Positions 1-8,987 of a DNA stretch of 64,000 nucleotides are shown here, piece by piece. The notes under the pieces were generated by a model that saw only the letters and a program-made list of their open reading frames with translations, was not told the origin of the DNA and ran no database searches. Origin of the DNA: Gammaproteobacteria bacterium (GTDB lineage: Bacteria > Pseudomonadota > Gammaproteobacteria > SZUA-229). The DNA is taken from positions 491 to 64,490 of the forward strand of contig JAUVDT010000001.1 of assembly GCA_030595185.1 (NCBI GenBank). Direction: 5' to 3'. A program made the translations under genes and the position numbers. Position 1 is the stretch's first letter, and each line of letters opens with the position of its first letter.

Positions 1-190
1 GTCTTTGGTTACGGTGATGGTATCACCATCTTGTAAAATATTGCCATTACTGTCTTTGACTGAGTTGTCGGCTTCGGTACCCTCATTTTTTGACCATTCA
101 TGTGCGCACTCCGGGCAAACGTACATATTACCGTCTTCATACGAATATTCTGAGTTACATTCAGGGCAGTTGGGTAGTTGGCTCATAGTG
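1..190 (-). CDS. phnA: Alkylphosphonate utilization protein PhnA/YjdC, N-terminal ~63 aa; the 3' part runs off the window start
   Basis: Reverse-strand translation from the ATG at 190 gives MSQLPNCPECNSEYSYEDGNMYVCPECAHEWSKNEG...DGDTITVTKD. This closely matches the PhnA zinc-ribbon N-terminus (CPKCNSEYTYED...YICPEC). The listed + ORF 5..244 is the antisense shadow. Confidence 0.8.
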
Positions 191-340
191 GTAATCTGCT
201 ATCAATATTGGAGTGGCTATTGTAAAGAAGTAATAATAAATTAAAAGTAAAAAATGAAAGGGGTCGGTGACAAATGAGAATCTTAATATTAGCATTTGTC
301 ACAAATTTCTTTATATATTGTACAGAATATTTAGAATGAA

Positions 341-366
341 AAAAGCCGCTTATAGCGGTTTTTTTG
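341..366. terminator. Palindromic GC hairpin flanked by an A-run and a T-run (bidirectional terminator-like)
   Basis: aaaaaagccgcttatagcggttttttt: a 6-bp stem (gccgct/agcggt, one G-U pair) with a 3-nt loop, with a poly-A run upstream and a poly-T run downstream. No gene lies immediately upstream on either strand, so its role is unclear. Confidence 0.35.
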
Positions 367-454
367 TGTCTTTTGTTTATGAATTTGAACTCCTAAACTA
401 GTAGAAAGAATAGCTTAGCTAATACACTTACTATTTGTGTGGATAAGAGCTATG

Positions 455-486
455 ATATAAAAAATATAAAAAATATAAAAAATATC
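455..486. repeat. Tandem microsatellite (aaaaatat)x4 in the promoter region of the PAS kinase
   Basis: atataaaaaatataaaaaatataaaaaatat read directly. Confidence 0.8.
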
Positions 487-576
487 GCTCTATTCATATG
501 GATTTAATTCAGGCTAAATATTTCTAATTTTGTTTAGTGTAGAGCTTTTCATGTTTAGTAATGCTGGGGGAGTAAA

Positions 577-2091
577 GTGATTAATTGCGAGGATTTCAAT
601 AGTGTTTTATTTGAGGCATTGCCAACTGGGCTTGCGCTGACAAACGTAGATGGATCAATAATTGCTGTAAACCCAGCATTTGAAAAGATTCTAGGTCGTA
701 CAGCTAAAGAAATCTACCAGCTGAGTTATTTGGATATTACGCCAACTGATTACAAGGAAGAAGAACAGCGGAAGCTACAAAGCTTACATGATATTGGCCA
801 ATATGGCCCTTATGAAAAAGATTATATCCATGCTGATGGGCATCTTGTTCCCGTTCGATTGCAGGGGCGGCTCGTCAAACATGAAGGCGTTGACTTTATT
901 TGGTCGGTTGTCGAAGACATGACTAAATCGAAACAAGCAGAAAGAGATATTAAACGTTTTAAGGCAACCCTTGATGAAACCTTGGATTGCGTGTTTATGT
1001 TTAAGGCGGATTCACTCAATTTCTTTTATGTCAATCAAGGCGGAATTGATCAAATAGGATATGGTATCGATGAGCTGATAGAAATGACACCCTCTGACAT
1101 TAAACCAAATATAAGTGAAGCACAATTTCTCGACATTATTTCACCTTTGATTGATGGTAATCAGACAAAAACCACATTTGAAACTGTCCATAAACATAAG
1201 TCTGGGCATCATGTCCCTGTAGAAGTCTTTTTACAATATATTCAGTTACCTAATGAAGAGCCACATTTTATCGCTATTGTTCGTGATATAAGTGAGCGTA
1301 AACGAGTTGAACAAGTACTACAGAAGTCCAATGAGGAACTAGAGGAGCGTGTTCAACAGCGTACTTCAGAATATCTTCATGCCAAGGAAGACGCTGACCA
1401 TGCCAACCAGGCCAAGTCAGATTTTTTATCTAGTATGAGCCATGAATTGCGCACACCACTAAATGCTATTCTTGGATTCTCTCAACTTATGAGTATGGAT
1501 GTGAAGGATGATCAAACGAAAGATAATATTCATGAAATCATTAGTGCAGGTAATTATTTGCTAGGCTTGATCAATGAAATACTGGATCTATCAAAAATAG
1601 AATCAGGTAGGGTAGAGCTGTCTATTCTAAAACATAACCTGAATGAATTAATAGATGATAGTCTATCTCTTATTGAGCCTCTGGCAGATAAACGCTCAAT
1701 TCTAATTGAGAACAAAGTTAGTACTTCTGATATCACCATCAATGTAGATAAAATACGCTTTAAGCAGGTACTGCTAAATATTTTATCTAATGCTGTTAAA
1801 TACAATAATGAAAATGGAAAAATAATTATTGACCATTCACCTATGGATGAAAATATACATTATATTTCCATAACAGATACAGGCTCAGGATTAACATCGG
1901 CACAACAAAATAATATATTTAAGCCTTTTGAACGTATTGAATCAGAACATTCTCAGATTGAAGGAACAGGATTAGGATTAGCTATTGGTAAAAATCTGAT
2001 TGAACTGATGGGGGGTGTAATTGGAGTTAAAAGTGAAATTGGAAAGGGGAGTTGTTTTTGGCTTAAAATAAAGGGGTCAGAGTGTCTATAG
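577..2091 (+). CDS. Cytoplasmic sensor histidine kinase with two PAS domains (PAS-PAS-HisKA-HATPase)
   Basis: GTG start preceded by gggggag. PAS-like N-terminus (LTNVDGSIIAVNPAFEKILGRT). H-box SHELRTPLNAILGF. G-boxes GTGLGLAIGKNLIELMGGVIGV. No TM segment and no receiver domain. Confidence 0.85.
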   Translation: MINCEDFNSVLFEALPTGLALTNVDGSIIAVNPAFEKILGRTAKEIYQLSYLDITPTDYKEEEQRKLQSLHDIGQYGPYEKDYIHADGHLVPVRLQGRLVKHEGVDFIWSVVEDMTKSKQAERDIKRFKATLDETLDCVFMFKADSLNFFYVNQGGIDQIGYGIDELIEMTPSDIKPNISEAQFLDIISPLIDGNQTKTTFETVHKHKSGHHVPVEVFLQYIQLPNEEPHFIAIVRDISERKRVEQVLQKSNEELEERVQQRTSEYLHAKEDADHANQAKSDFLSSMSHELRTPLNAILGFSQLMSMDVKDDQTKDNIHEIISAGNYLLGLINEILDLSKIESGRVELSILKHNLNELIDDSLSLIEPLADKRSILIENKVSTSDITINVDKIRFKQVLLNILSNAVKYNNENGKIIIDHSPMDENIHYISITDTGSGLTSAQQNNIFKPFERIESEHSQIEGTGLGLAIGKNLIELMGGVIGVKSEIGKGSCFWLKIKGSECL

Positions 2092-2340
2092 CCTGACTTT
2101 GGTTGACGTTCATAATCTATCCTAACATACGTTGTTTGAGTTTTTCATAAGGTATTTTTTTCCATGTGTGCTGAGTGTGGTCTAAGAAAGTTATAATAAT
2201 TTTCCCACTGAGATAGTTTTTTGTGTAAATAGACGTCTCCTTTGTAATCTAACATTTGATAAAACTCTCGTTTATCTGTTAAGTGAGATCGTTCTACTTT
2301 TCATTTAAGCGTGGTGTTCCAAGTTTGATGTGAGAAAACC

Positions 2341-2480
2341 GGGTCAGGGAATAATTGTTTCTAATATTCTTAGTCTCTAATATTAAAATAATTGAGGCCA
2401 GAGAATAAGTTTTTCTAATATAGTTCACGTCTAATATAGCTCATCAATTAATGGTGGCAGAGGGATTAAAGTATTTCCCT
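2341..2480. repeat. Two and a half copies of a ~55-bp direct repeat upstream of the small lipoprotein gene
   Basis: gggtcagggaataattgtttctaatattcttagtctctaatatt / ggccagagaataagtttttctaatatagttcacgtctaatatagctc / ggcagagggattaaagtatttcc. Shared core g[c/t]cagRgaataa...tttctaatat..tctaatat. Confidence 0.6.
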
Positions 2481-2636
2481 TCGTCACCTTTTGGCTAATA
2501 TTTGACGCTGCTAATATAAATTAAAATGATCTTTCTCTTTAATTCTGTCGAATAATATTACAGGATAAATTAAAACCCATATACATCGCTTTTTTAGGAG
2601 TACAATTTAGTCACTACATATAAAAGGGAGATTATC

Positions 2637-2819
2637 ATGAAAACTCACCTGCAAAGAACGAAGAACCTATCTTGTCTTTCTCTAAAGTTAATTTTTATCA
2701 GTAGTTTTTTATTTTTAGTAACAGCTTGTGGTTCCGGCGGCGAACCTGATTCAAATGTTGACTCTAATGATTGTGTTCTTGGTACTTCAAGACTTGATAA
2801 TTGTAGCTTAGGACTTTAA
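2637..2819 (+). CDS. Small putative lipoprotein (60 aa)
   Basis: Signal peptide with lipobox LVTAC-G. RBS aaaagggag precedes the ATG. Short, so it could be a remnant. Confidence 0.3.
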   Translation: MKTHLQRTKNLSCLSLKLIFISSFLFLVTACGSGGEPDSNVDSNDCVLGTSRLDNCSLGL

Positions 2820-2865
2820 GAATATTTATCATTAATTTTTCAAAATAGTAATAAGGAAATTAACC

Positions 2866-3954
2866 ATGAATAAACATATCGTTACAAAGTATTCTGCTGG
2901 AGCTTGCCTGGCTCTATTTCTTTTACTGGCTATAGGTTCAGCAAATTCGGCAGATATATTACCAAATGAATTCGTATCTGGTTCTACACTGACAGCAACT
3001 CAACTTAACGACGTTAGAAGTGCTGTAAACTCAAATGCGGCTAATGTAGAAATGAATGTAACAGATATCAATAATCATAATCATGATGCCAGCTATTATA
3101 CAAAATCAGAAACTGATACGACTTTTGCTAAAAAAGTTACAAACTTTGCAAGTAATGCCGACTTCTCTAATGGCTCTACTGGATGGAGTGTTGATACTGT
3201 TTTATCAACGAGTACTATGCAGATAGTTAATGTTACTGCTCCGTTCGGTTCTCAAGCCGTTCAGAATGATGAAAATCAAACATTGTGGGCAACCAGTGAC
3301 GACATTATTACAATTGATCATAATCAAACATACGAAGTCAAAGGTGCTTTTAGACGCTTAGCTGGTGGTACAACAGGCTCTATTTATTTGGCTGTTAAAT
3401 TAATGGATGCCACTGGTGCTGTTATTACTGGCGATGGTACATGGTGGTATTACCTAGTTTCAAATTATGTTCCTCCTGCCGATGCATGGGTGGAATACAA
3501 AGCGCAATTTGGTAAGGGAACCTCTCGACCGTTTCCCAGTGAAGCTGTTACTGCAACTGTAGGCTTTATCCTCAACTACAATGACGGAGATAGAATATAT
3601 CAAGTACAAGGTTTAAGTATGCATACAAGCACACCGAACTCACAATGGACTGATTTAATTTTTGAAACGGGTGTTACAAATTATGGTTTTAACTATCAGT
3701 CGGGGCAATATAGAAAAACTGGCGACGGTGTCTGTTTGCGAGGTCTTATTTCTTATGCAGGTGCAGCAGGAGTGGATATTGCAATTTTACCTCCAACTTT
3801 TCGACCTCCAGCAATACTTATCTTTAACACTGGTGACACCGGGCAAGTAACTGATAGGGTTGATGTATATGCTAATGGGGCCATTCGTTTGCTACAAACG
3901 AATGGTGATACTTTTATTTCACTCACAGGAATTTGTTTTTCAACGAGTCCATAG
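2866..3954 (+). CDS. Secreted Thr/Ser/Asn-rich protein with a phage-tail-fibre-like motif (possible adhesin)
   Basis: Sec signal MNKHIVTKYSAGACLALFLLLAIGSANSA. Motif NHNHDASYYTKSETDTTFAKK resembles the HxHDxRYYTKxExD motif of phage tail-fibre proteins. Low-complexity T/S/G-rich beta-type sequence. RBS aaggaa. Confidence 0.55.
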   Translation: MNKHIVTKYSAGACLALFLLLAIGSANSADILPNEFVSGSTLTATQLNDVRSAVNSNAANVEMNVTDINNHNHDASYYTKSETDTTFAKKVTNFASNADFSNGSTGWSVDTVLSTSTMQIVNVTAPFGSQAVQNDENQTLWATSDDIITIDHNQTYEVKGAFRRLAGGTTGSIYLAVKLMDATGAVITGDGTWWYYLVSNYVPPADAWVEYKAQFGKGTSRPFPSEAVTATVGFILNYNDGDRIYQVQGLSMHTSTPNSQWTDLIFETGVTNYGFNYQSGQYRKTGDGVCLRGLISYAGAAGVDIAILPPTFRPPAILIFNTGDTGQVTDRVDVYANGAIRLLQTNGDTFISLTGICFSTSP

Positions 3955-3986
3955 TTAAATTATAAAATAAAAAGGCGATAATAATC

Positions 3987-4151
3987 GGGGTCAGATCTGA
4001 ATGGCACTTACTTAAGGGTATTTCGTCATTCCCGCATGCTTTTAGCGGGAATCCAGAGTCTAAAGCCTTTAGATTCCGGCTCAAAATCATACCGGAATGA
4101 CGGGTACTTTTAACATTTTTCTTTAAGTAAGTGCCATTCGGGTCAGATCTC
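3987..4151. mobile_element. MITE-like palindromic element with ~29-bp terminal inverted repeats and two internal hairpin modules
   Basis: Left end ggggtcagatctgaatggcacttacttaag versus right end cttaagtaagtgccattcgggtcagatctc. Internal hairpins gtcattcccgcatgcttttagcgggaatcc and gattccggctcaaaatcataccggaatgac. The same hairpin modules recur near 33733 and 51495-51569. Confidence 0.6.
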
Positions 4152-4297
4152 AATTCTTTCTGATATCAGTAAAATTGTTTTCCGGCTCCATTTTCTTCGA
4201 AGTCGGTCGCTCTTAACGGGCACGACTTAAAGTAATAATATAGAAAAATGGCTCAGAGAGTAATTGACCTGATAGTTTTTAATTTATTATTTACAAA

Positions 4298-5605
4298 TTA
4301 GTTTGCCGGTATGATTATTTCAGCCACTGTGCCACCTTCTTTTCTGTCATGCAGGTGAATTTTTATTTTATTAATTTCAGCGAGCTGGCGTGCAATGCTG
4401 AGGCCAAGACCTGTACCACCTGTTTCAATATTCCTGGACTGATCAAGCCGATAAAATGGCCTGAAAATAGCTTCCTTTTCTCCGTCTGGAATACCGGGTC
4501 CTCTGTCTTTGATTTTAATGACGACATCTTTACCGCAGTGATATTCGACATCAATGGGTTTGCCATTGCTGTAGCGTACTGCGTTCTCCATTAAATTAAT
4601 TATTATGCGTCGTAATGAAAGAGGGTTACTGATAACGCTACATGCCTCTCCGGTTTGCCAGTTAACAATTGCACCTCCGCGTCGACTACAATTGACCAGC
4701 TCTTCAAGTACTTCCGGGATATGAATAGTATGTCGTTCGCCTTTTTCAAGTACCTTGCTGAGCTCAAGAAACTGGCCGATAAGGCAATTCATTTGATCGA
4801 CGTCTCCGCGTATTCCATCTACGATTTCAGGGTCGGCATCATCCGGGAGCATTTCTACTGCCAGCTGTATGCGTGCTAATGGTGTCCTTAAATCATGAGA
4901 AATGCCGGCGAGTAAAGTTGTGCGATTACTTAATAATTCTTTTACCTGGGATGACATTTTATTAAAACTTTTTGCTAGTGTAACCAGTTCATATGGGCCG
5001 GATTCTGGTATGAGCTCTGGTTCTTCGCCTTCACCGATACGTAATGCACTTTGAGACAGGCTTTCTAAAGGTATTGTTAAGTGTCGTACTAATGCTGTTG
5101 CTGTTACGAATATGGCAAGCCCGCCAACAACTAAAAGTAATATTAAGACTACGGGTGGCTGTGCATTAATATGGGATTCAGGAAAGCCTATCGTTATTGT
5201 TTTATTATTAATATTCAAATCTGCCCAGTACCATTTAGAGCCTTTATCATTTTTTGATATTTTTAGTTGTACAGGTTTTTCGGTTCGTGATTGAAGTGAT
5301 AATTCTAAAAAATAATAATAAGGTAAGGGTTTAAAAGATAGTATTTCAAGCTCTTGATCTTTTGTAACGCGAAGCTGATATTTATTAAGCAGCTGTTGTT
5401 CAAATTGAGGTTTTTTATCCGCTGAAGTTTCTGTCAATGTTTGGGCGCTGAAAACCATTAATGCTGCGAGGTCATCAGCTGACTGTTTGCCAATAGGAAC
5501 TAATATAAAATAACTGATAGCACTTAATGCGAATAATAAAAAGGCGAATGAAAAAGTGGCTATGACAGTGACAGTTCTTGCAAACAGTGTTTTTGGCAAC
5601 TTCAT
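4298..5605 (-). CDS. envZ: Osmolarity sensor histidine kinase EnvZ
   Basis: Two TM segments with a periplasmic loop. HAMP. H-box LAGISHDLRTPLARIQLAVEML is near-identical to the EnvZ H-box. ATPase G-boxes GTGLGLSIARQ. Immediately downstream of ompR (6-nt gap). Confidence 0.85.
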   Translation of the reverse strand: MKLPKTLFARTVTVIATFSFAFLLFALSAISYFILVPIGKQSADDLAALMVFSAQTLTETSADKKPQFEQQLLNKYQLRVTKDQELEILSFKPLPYYYFLELSLQSRTEKPVQLKISKNDKGSKWYWADLNINNKTITIGFPESHINAQPPVVLILLLVVGGLAIFVTATALVRHLTIPLESLSQSALRIGEGEEPELIPESGPYELVTLAKSFNKMSSQVKELLSNRTTLLAGISHDLRTPLARIQLAVEMLPDDADPEIVDGIRGDVDQMNCLIGQFLELSKVLEKGERHTIHIPEVLEELVNCSRRGGAIVNWQTGEACSVISNPLSLRRIIINLMENAVRYSNGKPIDVEYHCGKDVVIKIKDRGPGIPDGEKEAIFRPFYRLDQSRNIETGGTGLGLSIARQLAEINKIKIHLHDRKEGGTVAEIIIPAN

Positions 5606-5610
5606 AAATT

Positions 5611-6348
5611 TTAGTTTTCTTTGGGGGTAGGGGTAAATATATAACCTTCACCCCAGACAGTTTTAATATAAATAGGTTTGGAAGGGTCAGGTTCTATTTT
5701 TCGTCTCAGGCGTGTAATGCGCACATCGATACTGCGATCAAATGGCTGGTACTCATAACCTTTAAGAAGTTGTAACAGAGAGTCTCTGTTAAGTACGCGG
5801 TTAGGGTTATTTACAAAGACATCTAATAATGTGAATTCACCAGTTGTTAGTGTTAGCTCTTCGTTATTGTGAAATAACTGCCTTGATTGAGACAGCATGC
5901 GATAACTACCAAATACTATTTCATCAGCATCAATATTATCATCGGAAGCAACTTCTTGCTTCATTGTGACACTGCGCCTTAATACAGAACGTATTCTGGC
6001 TAATAATTCTCTGGGGTTAAATGGTTTTGGTAGATAATCATCGGCACCTACTTCCAACCCTACGATACGATCTACCTCTTCACCTCGTGCTGACAAAATG
6101 ATAATAGGAGTGTTTCCTTTACTCCTTATCTGTTTTGCCAGAGTCAGACCGTCTTCACCGGGTAACATCAGATCCAGAATAATAAGATCAACAACAGTGT
6201 GTTCCAGCAGGTTATTCATTTCAGCGCCATCATTTACTGCCAGAGCTGTATAACCATTTTCAGATAAATAGCGCTTTAGCAGGTCACGTAAGGCCTTATC
6301 GTCATCAACAATCAGTATTTTTTCTATTTTGATCTCTGTATCACTCAT
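5611..6348 (-). CDS. ompR: Two-component response regulator OmpR
   Basis: ILIVDDD...LDLMLPGEDGL...GADDYLPKPFNPRELLARIRSVLRR...TVWGEGYIF. High similarity to E. coli OmpR along the whole length. Confidence 0.9.
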   Translation of the reverse strand: MSDTEIKIEKILIVDDDKALRDLLKRYLSENGYTALAVNDGAEMNNLLEHTVVDLIILDLMLPGEDGLTLAKQIRSKGNTPIIILSARGEEVDRIVGLEVGADDYLPKPFNPRELLARIRSVLRRSVTMKQEVASDDNIDADEIVFGSYRMLSQSRQLFHNNEELTLTTGEFTLLDVFVNNPNRVLNRDSLLQLLKGYEYQPFDRSIDVRITRLRRKIEPDPSKPIYIKTVWGEGYIFTPTPKEN

Positions 6349-6522
6349 TAATCGTGCTCTTGTAACAATTTGTTACATTTTACTGGTTTCCTGAAATAAC
6401 AAAGAAACATGTCTGCTTCATTCTTTGAACACATGATATTTAGTATGAAAGGTAGCATACAGCCACCTGATGCTAAACAGAAATAAAAATATGTCATTTA
6501 CTTTAAACAAGGGTTTACGCTT

Positions 6523-7119
6523 ATGTTAGCTACAAAAATAATTCGAAATTTAACGATTGGAACAGCATTGCTGGTTTCTATTAGTTCTGTACATGCTGCA
6601 GATGGTATGAGCAAAGAAAAAATGATGGCTATGAAAAAAGTAATGCAGTCCGATATTGCATTAATGAAACCGGACCTGCAAAAACAAGTAAAGGGTTTGT
6701 CTAAGATGACAAAAATGCAGCTTATGAAAATAGTAGCTGGTCATAGCCGTCGTAGTAAACAACTTACATTACGCCAGGTTATGCATGAAGTTTTATCTGA
6801 CTATCAGAGTATTGTTTCTGCTCTGGCAACTGATAATACAGAACAAGCAGCTGATGCAGCACGACGTTTAGCAAATCATCGCTTACCAATTGGTGGCCTT
6901 ATTCCTTACATGGCAAAAGAAGATGTTAATGACGCGAAACTTTCTACGCTTGTTGGTTTCAATGATTTAGTTGAAGGCAATGCGTTACGTTTAGCTGAAG
7001 CAGCAGATAAAGGTGATGTAAGTAATGCTACGCGTTATATGGGGAATATTATTCAGGGCTGTGTTGCATGCCATGCAACATTTAGAGGGCAGCCTGGTAT
7101 TTCAAATCGCCTTCGTTAA
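6523..7119 (+). CDS. Periplasmic class II c-type cytochrome (cytochrome c-prime / c556-like)
   Basis: Signal peptide (cleavage at VHA-AD). Met-rich helical sequence. Single C-terminal haem motif CVACH at the end of a four-helix-bundle-sized protein. Confidence 0.55.
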   Translation: MLATKIIRNLTIGTALLVSISSVHAADGMSKEKMMAMKKVMQSDIALMKPDLQKQVKGLSKMTKMQLMKIVAGHSRRSKQLTLRQVMHEVLSDYQSIVSALATDNTEQAADAARRLANHRLPIGGLIPYMAKEDVNDAKLSTLVGFNDLVEGNALRLAEAADKGDVSNATRYMGNIIQGCVACHATFRGQPGISNRLR

Positions 7120-7168
7120 GAGTATTTATTTCTAAAAATAAAAGTAAAAATGATTGAGGATAATACAG

Positions 7169-8314
7169 ATGAATAAACAAATAATTAAAGTGGCAGTATC
7201 AGCAGCTATCATTAGTAATGCATCTTTTACCTTTGCCACAAATGGGGATCAAATGCTGGGGGTGACAGCTACTCAATGGGGTATGGCTGGTGCAATTGTA
7301 GCAGCGCCTCAGGATAGTGGTGCTGTTTTGATGAATCCTGCCGGGCTTTCTTTACTTAAAATAGAAGATGTTCGTTTTGATATGGGTTTTGGTTTTCTTA
7401 ATCCTCCGCGTGAAGCGAATGGAGTGGAGAGTGATTCAAATTTATACCTTGTTCCGTCAGGTTCTGTTGCATTTAAAATTAATGAGAAGGTAACTTTTGG
7501 TATGGGTATGGCAGGCTTGTCTGGTATGGGTGTTGATTTTGACGATATTATGTCAGCAGCTGGTAATCAGAATGTTGTCACTACTAAACAGTTTTATAAA
7601 ATTGCACCGGGTTTTTCATATCAAATAAACAATAAGCTGGCTTTAGGTGCAGCACTTAATATTGATTATCAAAGTCTGGCAATTGATAACGCAGCAATGC
7701 ATTTACCTCAGAATCAGGTTTATGGAACGGGTGTTACATTAGGCCTTATTTATAAGATCAGTGATTTAATGCAGTTTGGTGCATCTTATGTCAGTGAACA
7801 GTCTATGAGTGAATTTAACTGGAATACCACAGCCGGTGCCTATTCAATGACCATGAATGCACCTCAGTCTTTGAGTTTGGGTATTGCTTTTACACCCGGT
7901 AATAATTTATTAATTGAAGCGGATGTTAAATATATTGGTTTTTCTGATGTTCTCGATCAGGTAGCTTTTGATACTCCTGCAGGGCCTACTACCATGAACT
8001 TTGGGTGGGATGATCAGGTTGTCTTTGCATTAGGTGTGCAGAAAAAACTGAATGAAAAAACCACAATTCGTGCTGGTTTGAATTATGGTGCATCACCAAT
8101 CGGGCCTGAGGATGTTGATAATAATATTGGTTCGCTTGCTATTACAGAGAGCCATTTATCATTTGGCGTAACTCGTAAATTAGGCAAGCGTGTTGACGGA
8201 TCGTTTTCTTATGTGCATGCACTCAGCAATGAAATAGTTTCTGACAGCGGATCGGGTAATACCATTGAGCTTGAACAGAATGTAATTAATTTTCAAATAT
8301 CTTATAAAATGTAA
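7169..8314 (+). CDS. FadL/TodX-family outer-membrane hydrophobic-compound transporter
   Basis: Signal peptide ending FTFA. N-terminal hatch motif GVTATQWGMAGAIVAAPQDSGAVLMNPAGLSLL matches the FadL pattern (G..A........NPA.L). Beta-barrel-like alternating sequence. Confidence 0.6.
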   Translation: MNKQIIKVAVSAAIISNASFTFATNGDQMLGVTATQWGMAGAIVAAPQDSGAVLMNPAGLSLLKIEDVRFDMGFGFLNPPREANGVESDSNLYLVPSGSVAFKINEKVTFGMGMAGLSGMGVDFDDIMSAAGNQNVVTTKQFYKIAPGFSYQINNKLALGAALNIDYQSLAIDNAAMHLPQNQVYGTGVTLGLIYKISDLMQFGASYVSEQSMSEFNWNTTAGAYSMTMNAPQSLSLGIAFTPGNNLLIEADVKYIGFSDVLDQVAFDTPAGPTTMNFGWDDQVVFALGVQKKLNEKTTIRAGLNYGASPIGPEDVDNNIGSLAITESHLSFGVTRKLGKRVDGSFSYVHALSNEIVSDSGSGNTIELEQNVINFQISYKM

Positions 8315-8328
8315 CCCTGGAGTAGAAT

Positions 8329-8529
8329 ATGACTGCCGATCGAATTGTTCACATCGTTGCTGGCACAATGATATTAATCAGTATAGCGCTTGCTCACTTT
8401 GCTCATCCTAACTGGATTGGTTTAGCTGCATTTGTGGGTATTAATTTAGCTCAAAGCGGTTTCACAAACTTTTGTCCTTTATCCAGCATTTTAAAGAAAG
8501 CTGGTGTTAAAGAAGGAAATTGTTGCTAG
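8329..8529 (+). CDS. DUF2892 (YgaP C-terminal-like) small membrane protein
   Basis: MTADRIVHIVAGTMILISIALA...GINLAQSGFTNFCPLSSIL. Two TM segments with a conserved FCP motif. Confidence 0.6.
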   Translation: MTADRIVHIVAGTMILISIALAHFAHPNWIGLAAFVGINLAQSGFTNFCPLSSILKKAGVKEGNCC

Positions 8530-8538
8530 TAGCAATTA

Positions 8539-8580
8539 GCAGGTAACAGTGATGATTGTAGCTGTTACCTGCCTTTTTTC
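8539..8580 (+). terminator. Rho-independent terminator downstream of the DUF2892 gene
   Basis: gcaggtaacag-tgatgattgta-ctgttacctgc followed by cttttttc: an 11-bp perfect stem plus a T-run. Confidence 0.8.
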
Positions 8581-8987
8581 ATAAAAACTATATATCTATT
8601 AATAATGTCAAAACGTTCTTTAGCATTAACAGCTATTTTTTTGTGGATAATTACTGCAACTGTGGCCTGTTATTTATTTGCGACTACCTGAGAAACTAAT
8701 TTTACAAATATTAATAACTTCTATAAACGAGTTGTATGATAATTAGGCTAGTTCATCTTTTATTTATTCTATCTCTGCGCCCAGGTTTGTCACAACTATA
8801 TTTAAAATGAGATGTTTTTATAAGACAAGAGTATCATCGTACCTGATAAGGTACTTTTACAGAGCTCTTTTAGTATCCTTATTAATTCTAAGCAGCCAGT
8901 TACGAAAAAATATTATGTCCTTGCTTAAACCTCAGGGCAAAGCATAAAACATTAATTAACTGAGGTATCTTCGAAAAGGTGTACTCT

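Noticed and set aside
5-244. Listed + strand ORF of 79 aa at the window start
   Set aside because: The opposite strand encodes a clear PhnA N-terminus. The + ORF is its antisense shadow.
822-1019. Short antisense ORFs inside the PAS kinase (822-1019 -, 1554-1805 -) and similar internal ORFs elsewhere (for example 4349-4594, 14021-14242, 32758-32994, 44819-45352)
   Set aside because: They are fully embedded in well-supported genes on the other strand and have no RBS or domain signal. They are frame shadows.
2100-2340. Possible IS/transposase remnant upstream of the repeats
   Set aside because: Six-frame reading gives no convincing transposase motifs (no DDE or HTH-like stretch), so I could not support the call.
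2341-2480. Possible CRISPR array (direct repeats)
   Set aside because: Only 2.5 units. The units differ in sequence and length, there are no unique spacers between them, and no cas genes are nearby. It is a tandem duplication, not a CRISPR.
2866-3954. Prophage (tail-fibre-like protein, plus the holin-like gene at 51807)
   Set aside because: No capsid, terminase, portal, integrase or att-like tRNA flank is present. The two genes are 48 kb apart and the tail-fibre-like protein has a signal peptide. At most these are isolated remnants.
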